Below the pieces are notes generated by a model, which made no database searches, had not been told where the DNA came from, and saw nothing but the letters and a program-made list of their open reading frames with translations. A program made the position numbers and the translations under genes. From assembly GCA_020891255.1 (NCBI GenBank), contig BQFW01000006.1:1860001-1924000 (forward strand): a stretch of DNA of 64,000 nucleotides. The letters are read 5' to 3'. Shown here piece after piece: positions 47,401 to 58,041 of this stretch. This DNA is from Entomortierella parvispora E1425 (Eukaryota > Fungi > Mortierellomycota). Positions within the stretch are counted from its first letter, which is position 1. Every line of letters begins with the position of its first letter.

Positions 47401-50400
47401 AACAGCAACAGCAACAACAGCAGCAGCAGCTACAACAACAACAACAACAGCAGCAGCAGCTACAGCAGCAACAGCAGTTGTTGCAGTCGCAGCAGCATCA
47501 AAAAATGTTACAGCAGCATCAACAGCAGCGGCAACACCAGCAGATGCAGATGGCGGCCGCCAGAGCAGCGGGTATCATGCCGGCAGCAGCAGAGCACTCC
47601 TCGCCAGTACCAACGACTGGGGATCCTCAGATGGATTCGCCACAGGATCGTAAACGTATTCGAAATAATTCCAGCGGAGCGTTTTCTCCGGTTATTGGGC
47701 AACCTAATCAAGCGACGCCGCTTCAGCAACACCCTGCCCTCATGGCAGCGAATGCTGGTTCTCCGAATACCTCAAATTCGCCAATAGTGACTAATGCGGT
47801 GCAGCCTGCCGTGAGCGTACCCGAGACGCCGACTAAAGGAAACCGCAGGAAAAAGTCGGTGAAGAAAGAGCCATCATTAGGCCCTGGAGTAGATGCGGCA
47901 TCCGTGCCGATAACTGGGGCTCAGTTCGTCGTCCCTGGAAATGCCAATGTGCCAGCAGTAAACGGCTGGACACAAGGCAGTCCAAGCGTGACACACATGC
48001 AGCAGCAAGGTTCTCCAGCGCCACAACAGGGTGTGCAGATGCAAGGAGCTGTCCCACCGCAAACTCAACAGCAATTGCAACAACATATGCAACAACAGCA
48101 CCAGCAGCAACAGCTTCAACAGCTTCAACAGCAACAGCAGCATGCTCAAATCCAAATTCAACAGCAGCATCAGTTACAACAACAGCAGCAAGCCGAGCAG
48201 CAGATGCAGATGCAGGCACACTTCCAACGACAACAGCAGCAGCAACAGCAGATGGCCGCGGCCGGTATGCATGTCCGTCCTGGTATGATGCACCCTCCTG
48301 TTCGGCCAGGCGTCAGTCCAACGATCGGGGTGGCGACTCCAGGAGTTATCCAGTCCCCAACAGCGAACCCCCAGTTGTTACCTGGGCTACTGACACAGCC
48401 GCAGCTTCAAGTCCGACAGATCCAGCAAGCTCAACAGCAGCAGGCTCAACAAGCTCAGCAACAGCAGCAACGTATGCAGCATCAGCTGCAAATGCACCAG
48501 CAGCAAATGATCCAACAGAATCAGCAGCAGCACCAGCAGCAACATCTTCAGCAGCAACAGCAACAGCAACAGCATCTTCAGCAACAACAGCAATTGCAGC
48601 AGTCTGGACAACCTGGACAACCTGGAGATGTGCAACATCAGCAACACTTCTTAACACCGAATCAACAGACACAACAGCATCTCCATCAGGGGACGTTGGG
48701 TCCTCAGACACCACAGGATTCGTCGCTTCTCAAGAGCACGCAGAGCCCGGTGCCGCAAAACACAGCCCCAAATGGAGTTCATATTCCTGTTGACCCAACT
48801 ACAGGAGTTCCCCAGAGTATGGACCCCAACATGCAATCGGCTCCCTCTCCGTCTAACCAGGCTCTTCGAGAGAGAATCCAGTCAATGCAGTCGCCCAATG
48901 TGAGCAACAGCACACTTTCAACGCCTTTGAGCATGGGGTCTCCTTCCAGTCGCGCAAGGATACTTCAGCAGCAGCAGCAACAACAGCAGCAACAGTTCCA
49001 TGCTCAGCAGCAGGAGGCACAAAAGAAGCAGCAGCAGGCTATGATTTGGGCGCGTCCAGGTCAAATTAACTTGGACAGCTCGAAGTTGCCTTTGCAAAGG
49101 CAGCAATCGATGATGAATCAACAACATATGGCTGGAAATGAAGTGAGTAAACGTGATTCATCGTGCGTCTTTGTCTGGATTTACCTTCATTAACAATTCC
49201 GTTGGTGCAAATGTTCATATTAGGAATACAACGGCTCCCCTAACGCGGGATCTCAGACGGAAGCTCCTGCTGCTATTATCTCTCCCTTGTCAGTTGGAAT
49301 TGATAATGGCGCAGTGGGTACGGGTGGTGTTGATGAGCTTGGAAGGATGCAGAACCTTCTAACGGACAATAGCGAGTTCGAGAATATCGAGAATGATGGA
49401 TTACAGATGGACATGGGTGTGGACGCGTATGGAAATATAAACCTGCTGAATCTCGGTCGAAGCGAAGGTTTGTGATAGTACCGAAGCGATGTATGCCGAT
49501 GGACAGACTCGTTTTGTTTTCTGTGCGGTTCTGTTTGCTTTTTTGCTGGTTTGTTAATCTCAGTATACCTTTTCTAGATTCCCAGTTGCAGCTCTTTGGT
49601 GAATTGAGCGGACATATACAAAAAATTCACACGTGTGCGTTTTCATCTGATGGGCGGTGGCTGGCAAGTGCTGGCGTAGACAAGAAAGTGATGATATGGT
49701 CTGTCGTAGACAAGGAGCTGAAGTATACGATTGAAGGTGTTGAAGGTCACACAGCGTACATTACCAATGCAAGATTCACACAGGATGATCGACTCATTCT
49801 TGGCACGACTGCTCATGATTCTACTCGCATCTGGGACTTGGGACCGTTGGCGCAAGGCACCTCTTCAGCGGTTCATTCTCTTCAAGTCCTCAAGGGGCCA
49901 AACATGGATTTTAAGGCAGTTGATTTCTGTCCTGGGATTGGAAGCACCAAATGTGTTACTTGCGATACTGGTGGCGAATTGCGACTGTGGGACTTTAAGA
50001 CTGGTCAATGCGAACGAACAATCAAAATGGTAAGACGCCAAAGTGACGATGACCCCAGTCGATGGTTTCTTGAATTCAGATGAGATTTCTAATATTATGA
50101 TTTGCAACCGTCATGTTTCATAGTCAATCAAGACAGTGTACTTGCCTCATCCTCCTGTGAGATATCACCCGCTGAATCCCAACATCATTGCGGTAGCCGT
50201 CGGCACTTCTCTCTATGCAGTTCAGCTCAACGACCCCTCCTCCCCTCCTCGACCGTTAAACACAACTCACAACAGCAACATTACTACTCTGGATTGGTCC
50301 GAGAATGGCAACTTTTTGGTGACTGCCTCGGAAGATCAAGTCTGCGTCTGGGACTCTTCGAACAATGCAAACCGATGGCGCCCATTGAAGTCTCAACAAA

Positions 50401-50708
50401 CCCAAAAGGTTAACAGCTGTGCCTTTATCAAAGCGTCTCCTTCTTCTACCACGATGGCTTCGAAATCAAATGCAACGACGACACGACTAGTCTATGGCGA
50501 ATACGAAAAGATATGGATCTGGACATTTAATGGAGGTGGCTATATTGGTAGCACTCCAGTGGCGGATTCTCGGGCGCACCCAGGTGCGGCAGTGTTGGCA
50601 CTGGCTAGTTCACTTACCAAATTGGATGGCGAAACATCTACAGTGATGTTGGCAAGCGCAAGTGCTGGCAAAGACGGGAACCTCAAGCTGTGGAAACTCC
50701 CTGTTTAA
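44426..50708 (+). CDS. LEUNIG-like protein: N-terminal LUFS/LisH domain, very long Gln-rich region, C-terminal WD40 repeats
   Basis: Exons 44426-44481, 45731-45938, 46050-46838, 46925-46983, 47075-49142, 49224-49467, 49578-50029, 50124-50708 join in frame. N-terminus WDNDRLINLYIYDYCVKRNFQASATAF..DTPEGFLYEWFVVFWD. WD repeats include GHIQKIHTCAFSSDGRWLASAGVDKKVMIWS and HNSNITTLDWSENGNFLVTASEDQVCVWD. Confidence 0.88.
46130..46630 (+). repeat. Coding CAG/CAA polyglutamine tract containing a 15-bp (QQQQV)n sub-repeat
   Basis: Read directly from the sequence. Further polyQ blocks lie at 47130-47540, 48070-48250 and 48420-48600. Confidence 0.9.
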
Positions 50709-51247
50709 AAAAAAAAAAAAAAAGGCCAGGAGACGGAGGATGATGTTGAGATGACCGACGATTGTTTTGTGTGTCCCGTAGTGCTAGTAGGCTTTTTCTG
50801 TAGCTCTTTTTTCTTTTTTCTTTCTCTCTATCTCTCTTTGTTCATATACCATGTAACATTCGCTTTTTCGTCGTTTTACTTTTTCCCTTCGTTTTATGAT
50901 TATTTATTTTTTCTCATTTCCATTCTTCCCCTCTTGATTCTTACCCTTTCCACCCCATCTAATCTCATCCCCGCCCCCCCCATCTTTATGTACCTTGCCA
51001 CCAAAACAATAACGATGCTCATATTTTCAATCTTTAAATGAGGTGTAGGTGATTTTGCCTTTATTTTTACTCGATCATTTAATAATGTTAGGAGGTGTGG
51101 TTTATGAGATGAGAGGACGACAAAAAGGTAATGAGGTATCGCGTGTCGAGCCGAAAACAAAAAAAAAAATGAAGCAAAATCTTTAAAAGTTTAGGAGGAA
51201 GATAGATTGTACAGGTACAAAAGTGGGAGGGTTCTGAAATAAGAGTG

Positions 51248-52833
51248 TCAGCAGCATCCTTCTTTGGTCTTGCTCTGTGACAAATGGATCCGATCCATCA
51301 TGGCTGCATTGTCATCTGGATGGCGTCTAGATGCGAATTCTTCCTCGGTTGCCAAGATATCTTCCAACAGGAACGTTACTGCATCCTCAATGTTATTGTT
51401 ATCCTTGGCTGACGTCCCAAACCTATTTTAAAGAGGAGAAGGAGAGAAGGACAGCACAACAGTCAACAAGAGGGCTCATTGCTATTCCAATTGCGGTCTT
51501 CGATCTTGGGTCCAATTTTCTCACCATTTCAAAAATCCATGTTCGTCGCAAAACTTTTCCATCTCCTCAGCATTTAATCCTGGTGAGTGATCCTCGTGCA
51601 GATCCATCTAAGAATGTCGAGGTAAAAAAAGATTAGTTATCGTAGATCAAGATCCTCTCTCATCGAAGCTAGAAAGAAAGAATCCCTCGCCTTTTCCTTC
51701 GATGCTAGATCGGAGAAATCGGAGAAATCGGCTCAGTGTCCACTGGTTTACCTTGTTCGCAAGCAGGATTGTGGGGATCGATCCTCCACCCAAACCGGGA
51801 GGCAAGCTCACTTTTGAATCTAAATCCGATTTCCATTTCGCCACTGCCTCGAAGGTCTTGGGTCTTGTGACATCGTACACCACCAGGGCTGCCACCGCTT
51901 CCTTGTAGTACACCTAGAAGAAGAGGAGAGATACAATAAGACGCTGTTCGTAGATCAAAAAAAAAAAAGAGGTCCGTTTCGATAAAATGTGGGGTTGTGG
52001 GCTAGGCGGCGGGCATGTAAAAATATCCTTCGCCCCAGTGCGTTCCAGGTCGCGCAATATTTGTCCATGATGATTCTGTAAGCAAAGTACAAACACAGGC
52101 AATCGCAAGCTTTTGTTTGCACATCCTCCAGGAAAAAAGGGTTCTCCTTGAATGTTGCACAGCGCAGCCCCCCCTTCGTCTTTTGGCATTTTTCATCCAT
52201 GTTCCTGCATCCTTTTTCTTCTTCTTTGGCTGCAAGGTGTAACCCTCCTGACTTTCCGTTCCGTTGTAAGGTCGTTCTTTCGTTTGTTTCCTGAGTTTCT
52301 GTGGTATTTCTGTCTTCGTATCGTAGCAAGAAAGAGGTGCTGTGTGGTGTCTCATTCATTTCCCTTTAGCAAGAAAGATGTTGTGTGGTGTCTCTTATTC
52401 ATTTCCCTGGTTTCTGCTGCCCAGTCCACGTTTTTTTGCCAGCAGTCGTTCGTTCGTTCGCTTAACAAAAGGGGATAACTTCCTCCATTTACCCTGGTCA
52501 TATTTCCGAAACGTTCTTGACCCGCAATGTCCCACAACTGCATCCGCACCACTGTGTCGGGTGACCATTGAACCACCTTCAGCGCAAAGTCGACGCCAAT
52601 CTATGGTTTTCCCATCAACAAGAGAGCGAAAAGAGAGTTAGAATTTTGAAGGTCCCCGAGCAAATGACAAAAGCGGAGAAAGCAGGTGAACAACTCACGG
52701 TGGATTTGTAGTTCATGGAGAAGATGTTGTGGACATATCGTTTGATGATGGAGGTCTTGCCCACACCGCTGTCCCCGAGCACCAGGACCTTGAACAGGTA
52801 CTCTCGGATCTCTGTTGGATAGGCGTCATGCAT
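51248..52833 (-). CDS. RAB32: Rab32/38-family small GTPase
   Basis: Exons 52833-52699, 52600-52493, 51913-51752, 51607-51525, 51422-51248. GDSGVGKTS, YKSTIGVDFALK, diagnostic WDIAGQERFGNMTRVYYKEA, LLANK, TSAK, C-terminal CC. The start may extend upstream (possible short exon near 53158). Confidence 0.9.
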
Positions 52834-53818
52834 TGGTTCTCCTTTATGTTTGTGTCGGTGTGTTTGGGTGAGTCTTGGCTGGGCCGGTTTGTAAGGAAGG
52901 GTGCTGTTCGTTCCTGGACCGGAGATGCTCAATGTCGAAATGCCGCTGTAGTCGGTCTGCTATGAGAGAAGGGTGATGTGATAGGGGGTTGACTATGAAT
53001 CTAGAGAGATGGAGATGAGGCGAATGGCACGAGGGAGGATGGATTGCAGGATGGAAGAATGTGAAGAAAGAAAAAGAGATGAATTGTGTACAAGAAAGAA
53101 AATAAAAGTGAAATTGGTTCCTGAGAGAGCTGAGCAGCACCAAAACGACCGAGGACATGTCCGATTCCCTTTAGCCCTTTTTTTTTGATCCTTCGTCTTT
53201 ACCGGCTCTGCGTACACCTGCATGCGTGCATGCATGCATCTTGGGTGGACGGGGCGGACCTCGCTCCCGAAAACATCCTTCGGAGGGTCACCTTCTCACA
53301 CGCAGTCCTAATGGCCTGACTGATTGACGAAAACCGTAAGCCGACGGACTGACGAGGTCCGACTGCCACAATGGCCCCATGCTGCTCTCGTCTTCTTGTC
53401 CGGCATTGCTCTCTGTTGTTTTTTTGGTTCCTTCCTATCGCAGACACATGTGCCCGACTCCATTGATGCCCACTCTCTCCACAGCTAAACACGCAACTGT
53501 TTGCCTTCGTGATCTTTCTTTACCTGCTACCGCAAAATTGCAATTCCACTCTAACCTTTTTTTTTAGGTCAAGTGGTCTTTCTGTTGTTTATATAGCTAC
53601 GGTTATATGGACCGATCGGCGATGGTGACTATGATGACTATGATGAAGACCCTTGCAGCTATCGAGGGATTGCGCAATGGAAAAAACAAAAATAAACCAC
53701 CGATACGTTTCCTTGAGACTTGGTGTCCACAGGGTTCACAGGCTTCGCACGCGAGTTTTCAGTCCGTGGTGATAACCATGTCGCCATTTTCGGCGGTGGT
53801 CACAAACTTTTGTTACCG

Positions 53819-55594
53819 CTATTCGCCCTTGCTTTCTATCTTGTTGTCTGCACCGAGATCACGATCAGTCACCGCAGTCGTCGAAGAAGTAGAAGAATAG
53901 CTGTCGCCGACGCCGCTATTTAACAGTTCGGCAACCGTCAGAATCACTTTTCCTTCCTTCGATCTCTCGTTGTTGTCTTCCTCAACGGCGGAGGGTGTTT
54001 TCGAGGAAGTGCCAGTGGAGGAAGTTGATGGATCCGATTGGCATCGGGAAGCGGCCTTGTCCATCTTGGATTTCTCCCTTCTCTTCCTGTTCTTGTTCTT
54101 TTTGTTCGTCTTTTTGAGACCTCGGTTCTTGCTCTTGCGTCCTGCCGACTCTGAGGTATCGTCCGAGTGCTCAGAGTGATGGTCCTCGTCCGAATCGTGT
54201 CCTGCAGCCGATGAACCGGGTGAAGGCGGTTCGACTTTGTTGGATGCAGGAGACCAGGGTGTGGATGCATCAAAGTGTGGACGATCGCCATCTTCAGCCA
54301 CAAGGAGGGAGGAAGAAGAGGTGATGGTTGTTGCTTCTGGATCCAATTCGAGTGATTCTTTTGTGGCTGTAGCAGCAGTTGCTTCGGCCGAAGTCTTGGC
54401 CGAGGAATCCTCATCAACAACGTCCATCCTTTCCTGTTCACCACGCGTTTCGATCTTCTCGTGCTGATCACCTGCGACTAACCCAAAAGACACTGCGGCC
54501 TTGGGGTCAATCGGCAGAGGTCCGTCAGCCGACTCTTCCGTGGCTTTGCCATTCTCGAGACTTTCCCCCTTTGCACCTGCCGTGCCCTCGGCTGCTGCTT
54601 GGGCAAATGTCTTGGAATCGTCCTTGTTTTCCTCTGAGGTCGCTGTGACCTCATTAGCCTGATAGTGAGAGCGCACAAAGTATTCTCGATCCTGCACCGC
54701 AGAGGGCAAAGACTCTGCAGCTTGAGCAAAGGTCTTGTCGGAGTTGGGTTTGTCTGCAGTGAATGCATGTTCTTGTTCCAATTCCAGCGCAGGCTGGTCT
54801 CTCGATCCTGCAACTTCGGCAAAGGAAGGACCGTCATGAACGGGGACAACCGCCAGGGAGGAAGAGCCAGGAGGGGGGGCTGATTTTTCAGTAGCAGGCA
54901 CCTCTGTGTCGTCGCTGTTGGCCATGAGAGAAGGAGCAAGCGACCAGCAGGGCTCTGGATTCCCAGGACGCTCCTCCACTTTGTGCTCACAAACCATCCG
55001 TAGCTGGACCTCTCCGTCCATGGTGTCCACGACAGCAACATCCGATAATGACGGGGAGAAGCGCACAGCCTTCTCTGTTCTTTCGTCAGAGTTCAAGCCC
55101 AGCTCGGATCTCTGGAGTGGCCTGTCCGTCGTCTCTACTTGTCTTTCTGTTGACGTATTTGAGATACCATTGCCATCAAGGAGATTTTGATGACTCTGAC
55201 GTCTTGCTGATCCCGCCTCCTTGTTTTGAGGTTCTTCTCGACTTGGCTGTTGCATAGGCAGAAGGCCGTGATCATCCTTGTCATGGCCCGTGATGATTAG
55301 GACAACATCGAGTGCTACGGTAGACACTGTGCAGACGATGCTACAACTCCAGAGTGTAAGACAGCCGAGCCAAGAACGTGGATCTTCTTGGACATGCCAG
55401 GGCAAACAGCTCGCAACCCAATCTATGGATGCTTGAGGACCCGTGGGTCTCGAGAATCCTTGGAAGAGGCAAAATCGAACAAGCTCGAGCTGGAAAAGGG
55501 CGGTCGCGAGTAACAGGGGAACACACTCGGTCACAAAACGTGGCAAAACGAAGGTGATGATGTCCTTGACTTTGCTGGAATCTGTGTTGGACAT
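53819..55594 (-). CDS. Hypothetical protein: hydrophobic N-terminal segments, acidic disordered tail with repeated (S/T)FA(E/Q)(V/A)A motifs
   Basis: Single ~590-codon ORF from ATG 55594. No family recognised. Confidence 0.65.
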   Translation of the reverse strand: MSNTDSSKVKDIITFVLPRFVTECVPLLLATALFQLELVRFCLFQGFSRPTGPQASIDWVASCLPWHVQEDPRSWLGCLTLWSCSIVCTVSTVALDVVLIITGHDKDDHGLLPMQQPSREEPQNKEAGSARRQSHQNLLDGNGISNTSTERQVETTDRPLQRSELGLNSDERTEKAVRFSPSLSDVAVVDTMDGEVQLRMVCEHKVEERPGNPEPCWSLAPSLMANSDDTEVPATEKSAPPPGSSSLAVVPVHDGPSFAEVAGSRDQPALELEQEHAFTADKPNSDKTFAQAAESLPSAVQDREYFVRSHYQANEVTATSEENKDDSKTFAQAAAEGTAGAKGESLENGKATEESADGPLPIDPKAAVSFGLVAGDQHEKIETRGEQERMDVVDEDSSAKTSAEATAATATKESLELDPEATTITSSSSLLVAEDGDRPHFDASTPWSPASNKVEPPSPGSSAAGHDSDEDHHSEHSDDTSESAGRKSKNRGLKKTNKKNKNRKRREKSKMDKAASRCQSDPSTSSTGTSSKTPSAVEEDNNERSKEGKVILTVAELLNSGVGDSYSSTSSTTAVTDRDLGADNKIESKGE

Positions 55595-56155
55595 GCCTGT
55601 TGCGCGTGCGATGGTTTTGTGGTCGTAACTGTGATTTGGTGGCAAATCGTCAAGGGGTTTGTAAGCAAAGGAACAATGAAGTGGAGAAGAAAGCAACGAA
55701 GGTTGAGGAAAGAGAAAGGAAAGAGAAAAAAGAGACAGAGAGGAGCGCGACAAAGGTCAGTGTTTTACATCTTCATCATTCTTCATCATGACCATCATGA
55801 TGGAGTCACGAAAACGAACGGACCTTCTCTCCCTGTTCGTCCGCCATGACCAAAAAGGCCCGCTGCGCGCGCTCCTTTTCCCTCTTCTTTCCTAGCTCCC
55901 TTGTTGCCTCCTGTTGACTCATTCTCTTATATCTTTCTCTTCTTCCTCCGTTGCTGTGCCTTTTCTTTTTTCCGCTTCTTTGCTCTCAAAGACGTGTCCT
56001 TGCATTTTTGATTGTGCATTTTCCTGTCATCGCATTGTCAGCGGCATACTTTAGTTGACTGATCTCAATTTTCGCGTCGTGTTTAGTTTTTTTTTGCAGG
56101 ATGCATTGTGGCACGCAGTTGTGGGATGGGGACATGGAATGGGAGAACTTACAGT

Positions 56156-57600
56156 CATGAGGATGAATATCCATGAGCCAGATCCATCTCTCTCACCCAG
56201 TTACCAATGGCATAAACTAACGAGGCCGCGTGTTCCATGTGAAAGCCATGATTCCCTTTCGAAATCACCAGTGACTTTGCATTGAGCATTGGGCATCCAG
56301 CTCGCTCTACGCTTGACCACTATCACGTTTTTGAGGGGGAAAAGAGCAGGTTTAGAATGCAACCACACTCTGGAGTGAAGGGAAGAGGGCGAAAGCAACA
56401 AAGCATGACCATTTTGTTTGCATGAATCTTTTTCCCTTTCTCTTACATTCGACTATCTTTTGCCTTCCCAAGTTTTTGGATGCCAAGATGCACAGCACAG
56501 GGCTTTTGATTTGACCCATGAATGACTTTGCATATCCTTCTGATAATGCAGCATTTTCCCTGATCGCGAGCATAGGATCTGATGTCCAGGTCCACCCCTG
56601 GAGGACAATTCTCTCGTCACTTTCTTTCTCTTGGAACTTGACCAAGGAAGGAGACCTCGCGGCATGAGAAGTTTTGCAAACTCAAGCGGGATTCCGTAAA
56701 TGTTTCCTTGCCCTCGCAACGCAATGGCGGGTTCGACAGAGGTAATGGTAATAAATGGTAAAGGGCTCGAGAGGATAATTTTCTTTCTAGAAAGGTGATT
56801 GCGTAAATGCTCAGGTTCACCCTTCTCAGGAGCAGTAACTGGGCCCATGACATCGAGAAAGATAGTCAGGGCGACTCTGATAGAAGGAAGAGAAGGTGCC
56901 TTTTTGAAGGAGGGGAAACGGGTCTGTTTCTTTACCTGTCTGCAAAGAGACCGGAGTACAGACACCTCCCATGGAATGCCCCAGCAAGCAATGCCTCTCC
57001 CACCCGACAAACTCGACGACCCGATAGACATCCTTAACATTTTGCCTTAAGAAATAATCCCTGGACTTTCGATGGATGGAAAGACCATGACGAGCAAAGT
57101 CCAGCGCTGCAATCTCAACCGGCTCTGGCCAAGTTGTTGAAGTAGCAGGCTGAAAGTGAAAGTAGAAGAAGGTGCACACGATGAAAAGCAAGGGGAGTAA
57201 TAAAAGTATGGCTCGAGAAACGAGAGAAAGAATGATTTGTGCTTACGGCGCAATTCTAGGGCGCGAAAGGAAAAGTAACCGCAACGGTCAGGGACCATTA
57301 GTCATTACTGCATTGGCCCAATGTCTTCTGCATCCCACTGCCATGGGGCATTCTGCATTGCTTGGATTTCTTTTTGTTCACTTTCATTCAATCAAAAGTC
57401 ATTGTTGAACATACGGGTCAAAGGACGCCGCGTTTTCCAAATAGCCATGAAGGGCTATGAAGCGGCTACGTTCTCTCGATTGAGCATCACCGCCTATTTT
57501 CTAATGCTTTGCCCTCAACTCTGCATTGTTGCCGCATTGAAACGAGGGCTCCTCTATAGTTATACCGGCCAGTGTCAATGGGTCCGTTGGAGATGTGTAT
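56156..57600 (-). pseudogene. Disrupted alpha/beta-hydrolase (SERHL-like) gene
   Basis: Collinear motifs ELRAKH*, RFIALHGYLENAASFD, ALDFARHGLS, GHSMGG, LYSGLFADRV, WTWTSDP, GNHGFHME. Interrupted by an in-frame TAG (57501-57503) and frameshifts near 56960, 56640 and 56265. Confidence 0.8.
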
Positions 57601-58041
57601 CGAAAGTGGATGGGGGGGGGGAAAGCAAATGGTGGAAGGAAAGAGAGCAGAAGGATAAGGGTCAAAAAGAGGTTCGATCCTGTCCCTCATATTGTGTTGT
57701 AATAACCAAAACGGCCGAGCCGAGGTGATTGATCGCGAGGAAAGGGAAGTTATCTCAATGCAGCACAAGGGTTGTCAACAAGAGCAGCACTGGAAACATC
57801 ACAGCAAAGAAAGCTGGTCTCCAGCAGAGTAATTGCTTCAGTGGTCCATGAATCCAGGTCGCGCGGGTGCTGCAATGCTCGATTTGGTGAACAATGTCGG
57901 AGACGCGCTGTTTCTGTGTTCTGTGACGTGCAGAGAAAGAGATGAGACCCACGAGCGGAGAGAGAGGGGACCCCTTCTTTTCTTCCTCCTTCCTGTCCTC
58001 CTGTTCATTTGTCCCGTCCTCTGCAGTTCGCTACACATTCA

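Noticed and set aside
46031-48714. Poly-Cys, poly-Leu, poly-Ala/Thr and poly-Ser/Asn ORFs
   Set aside because: Alternative-frame and antisense shadows of the CAG/CAA polyglutamine coding sequence.
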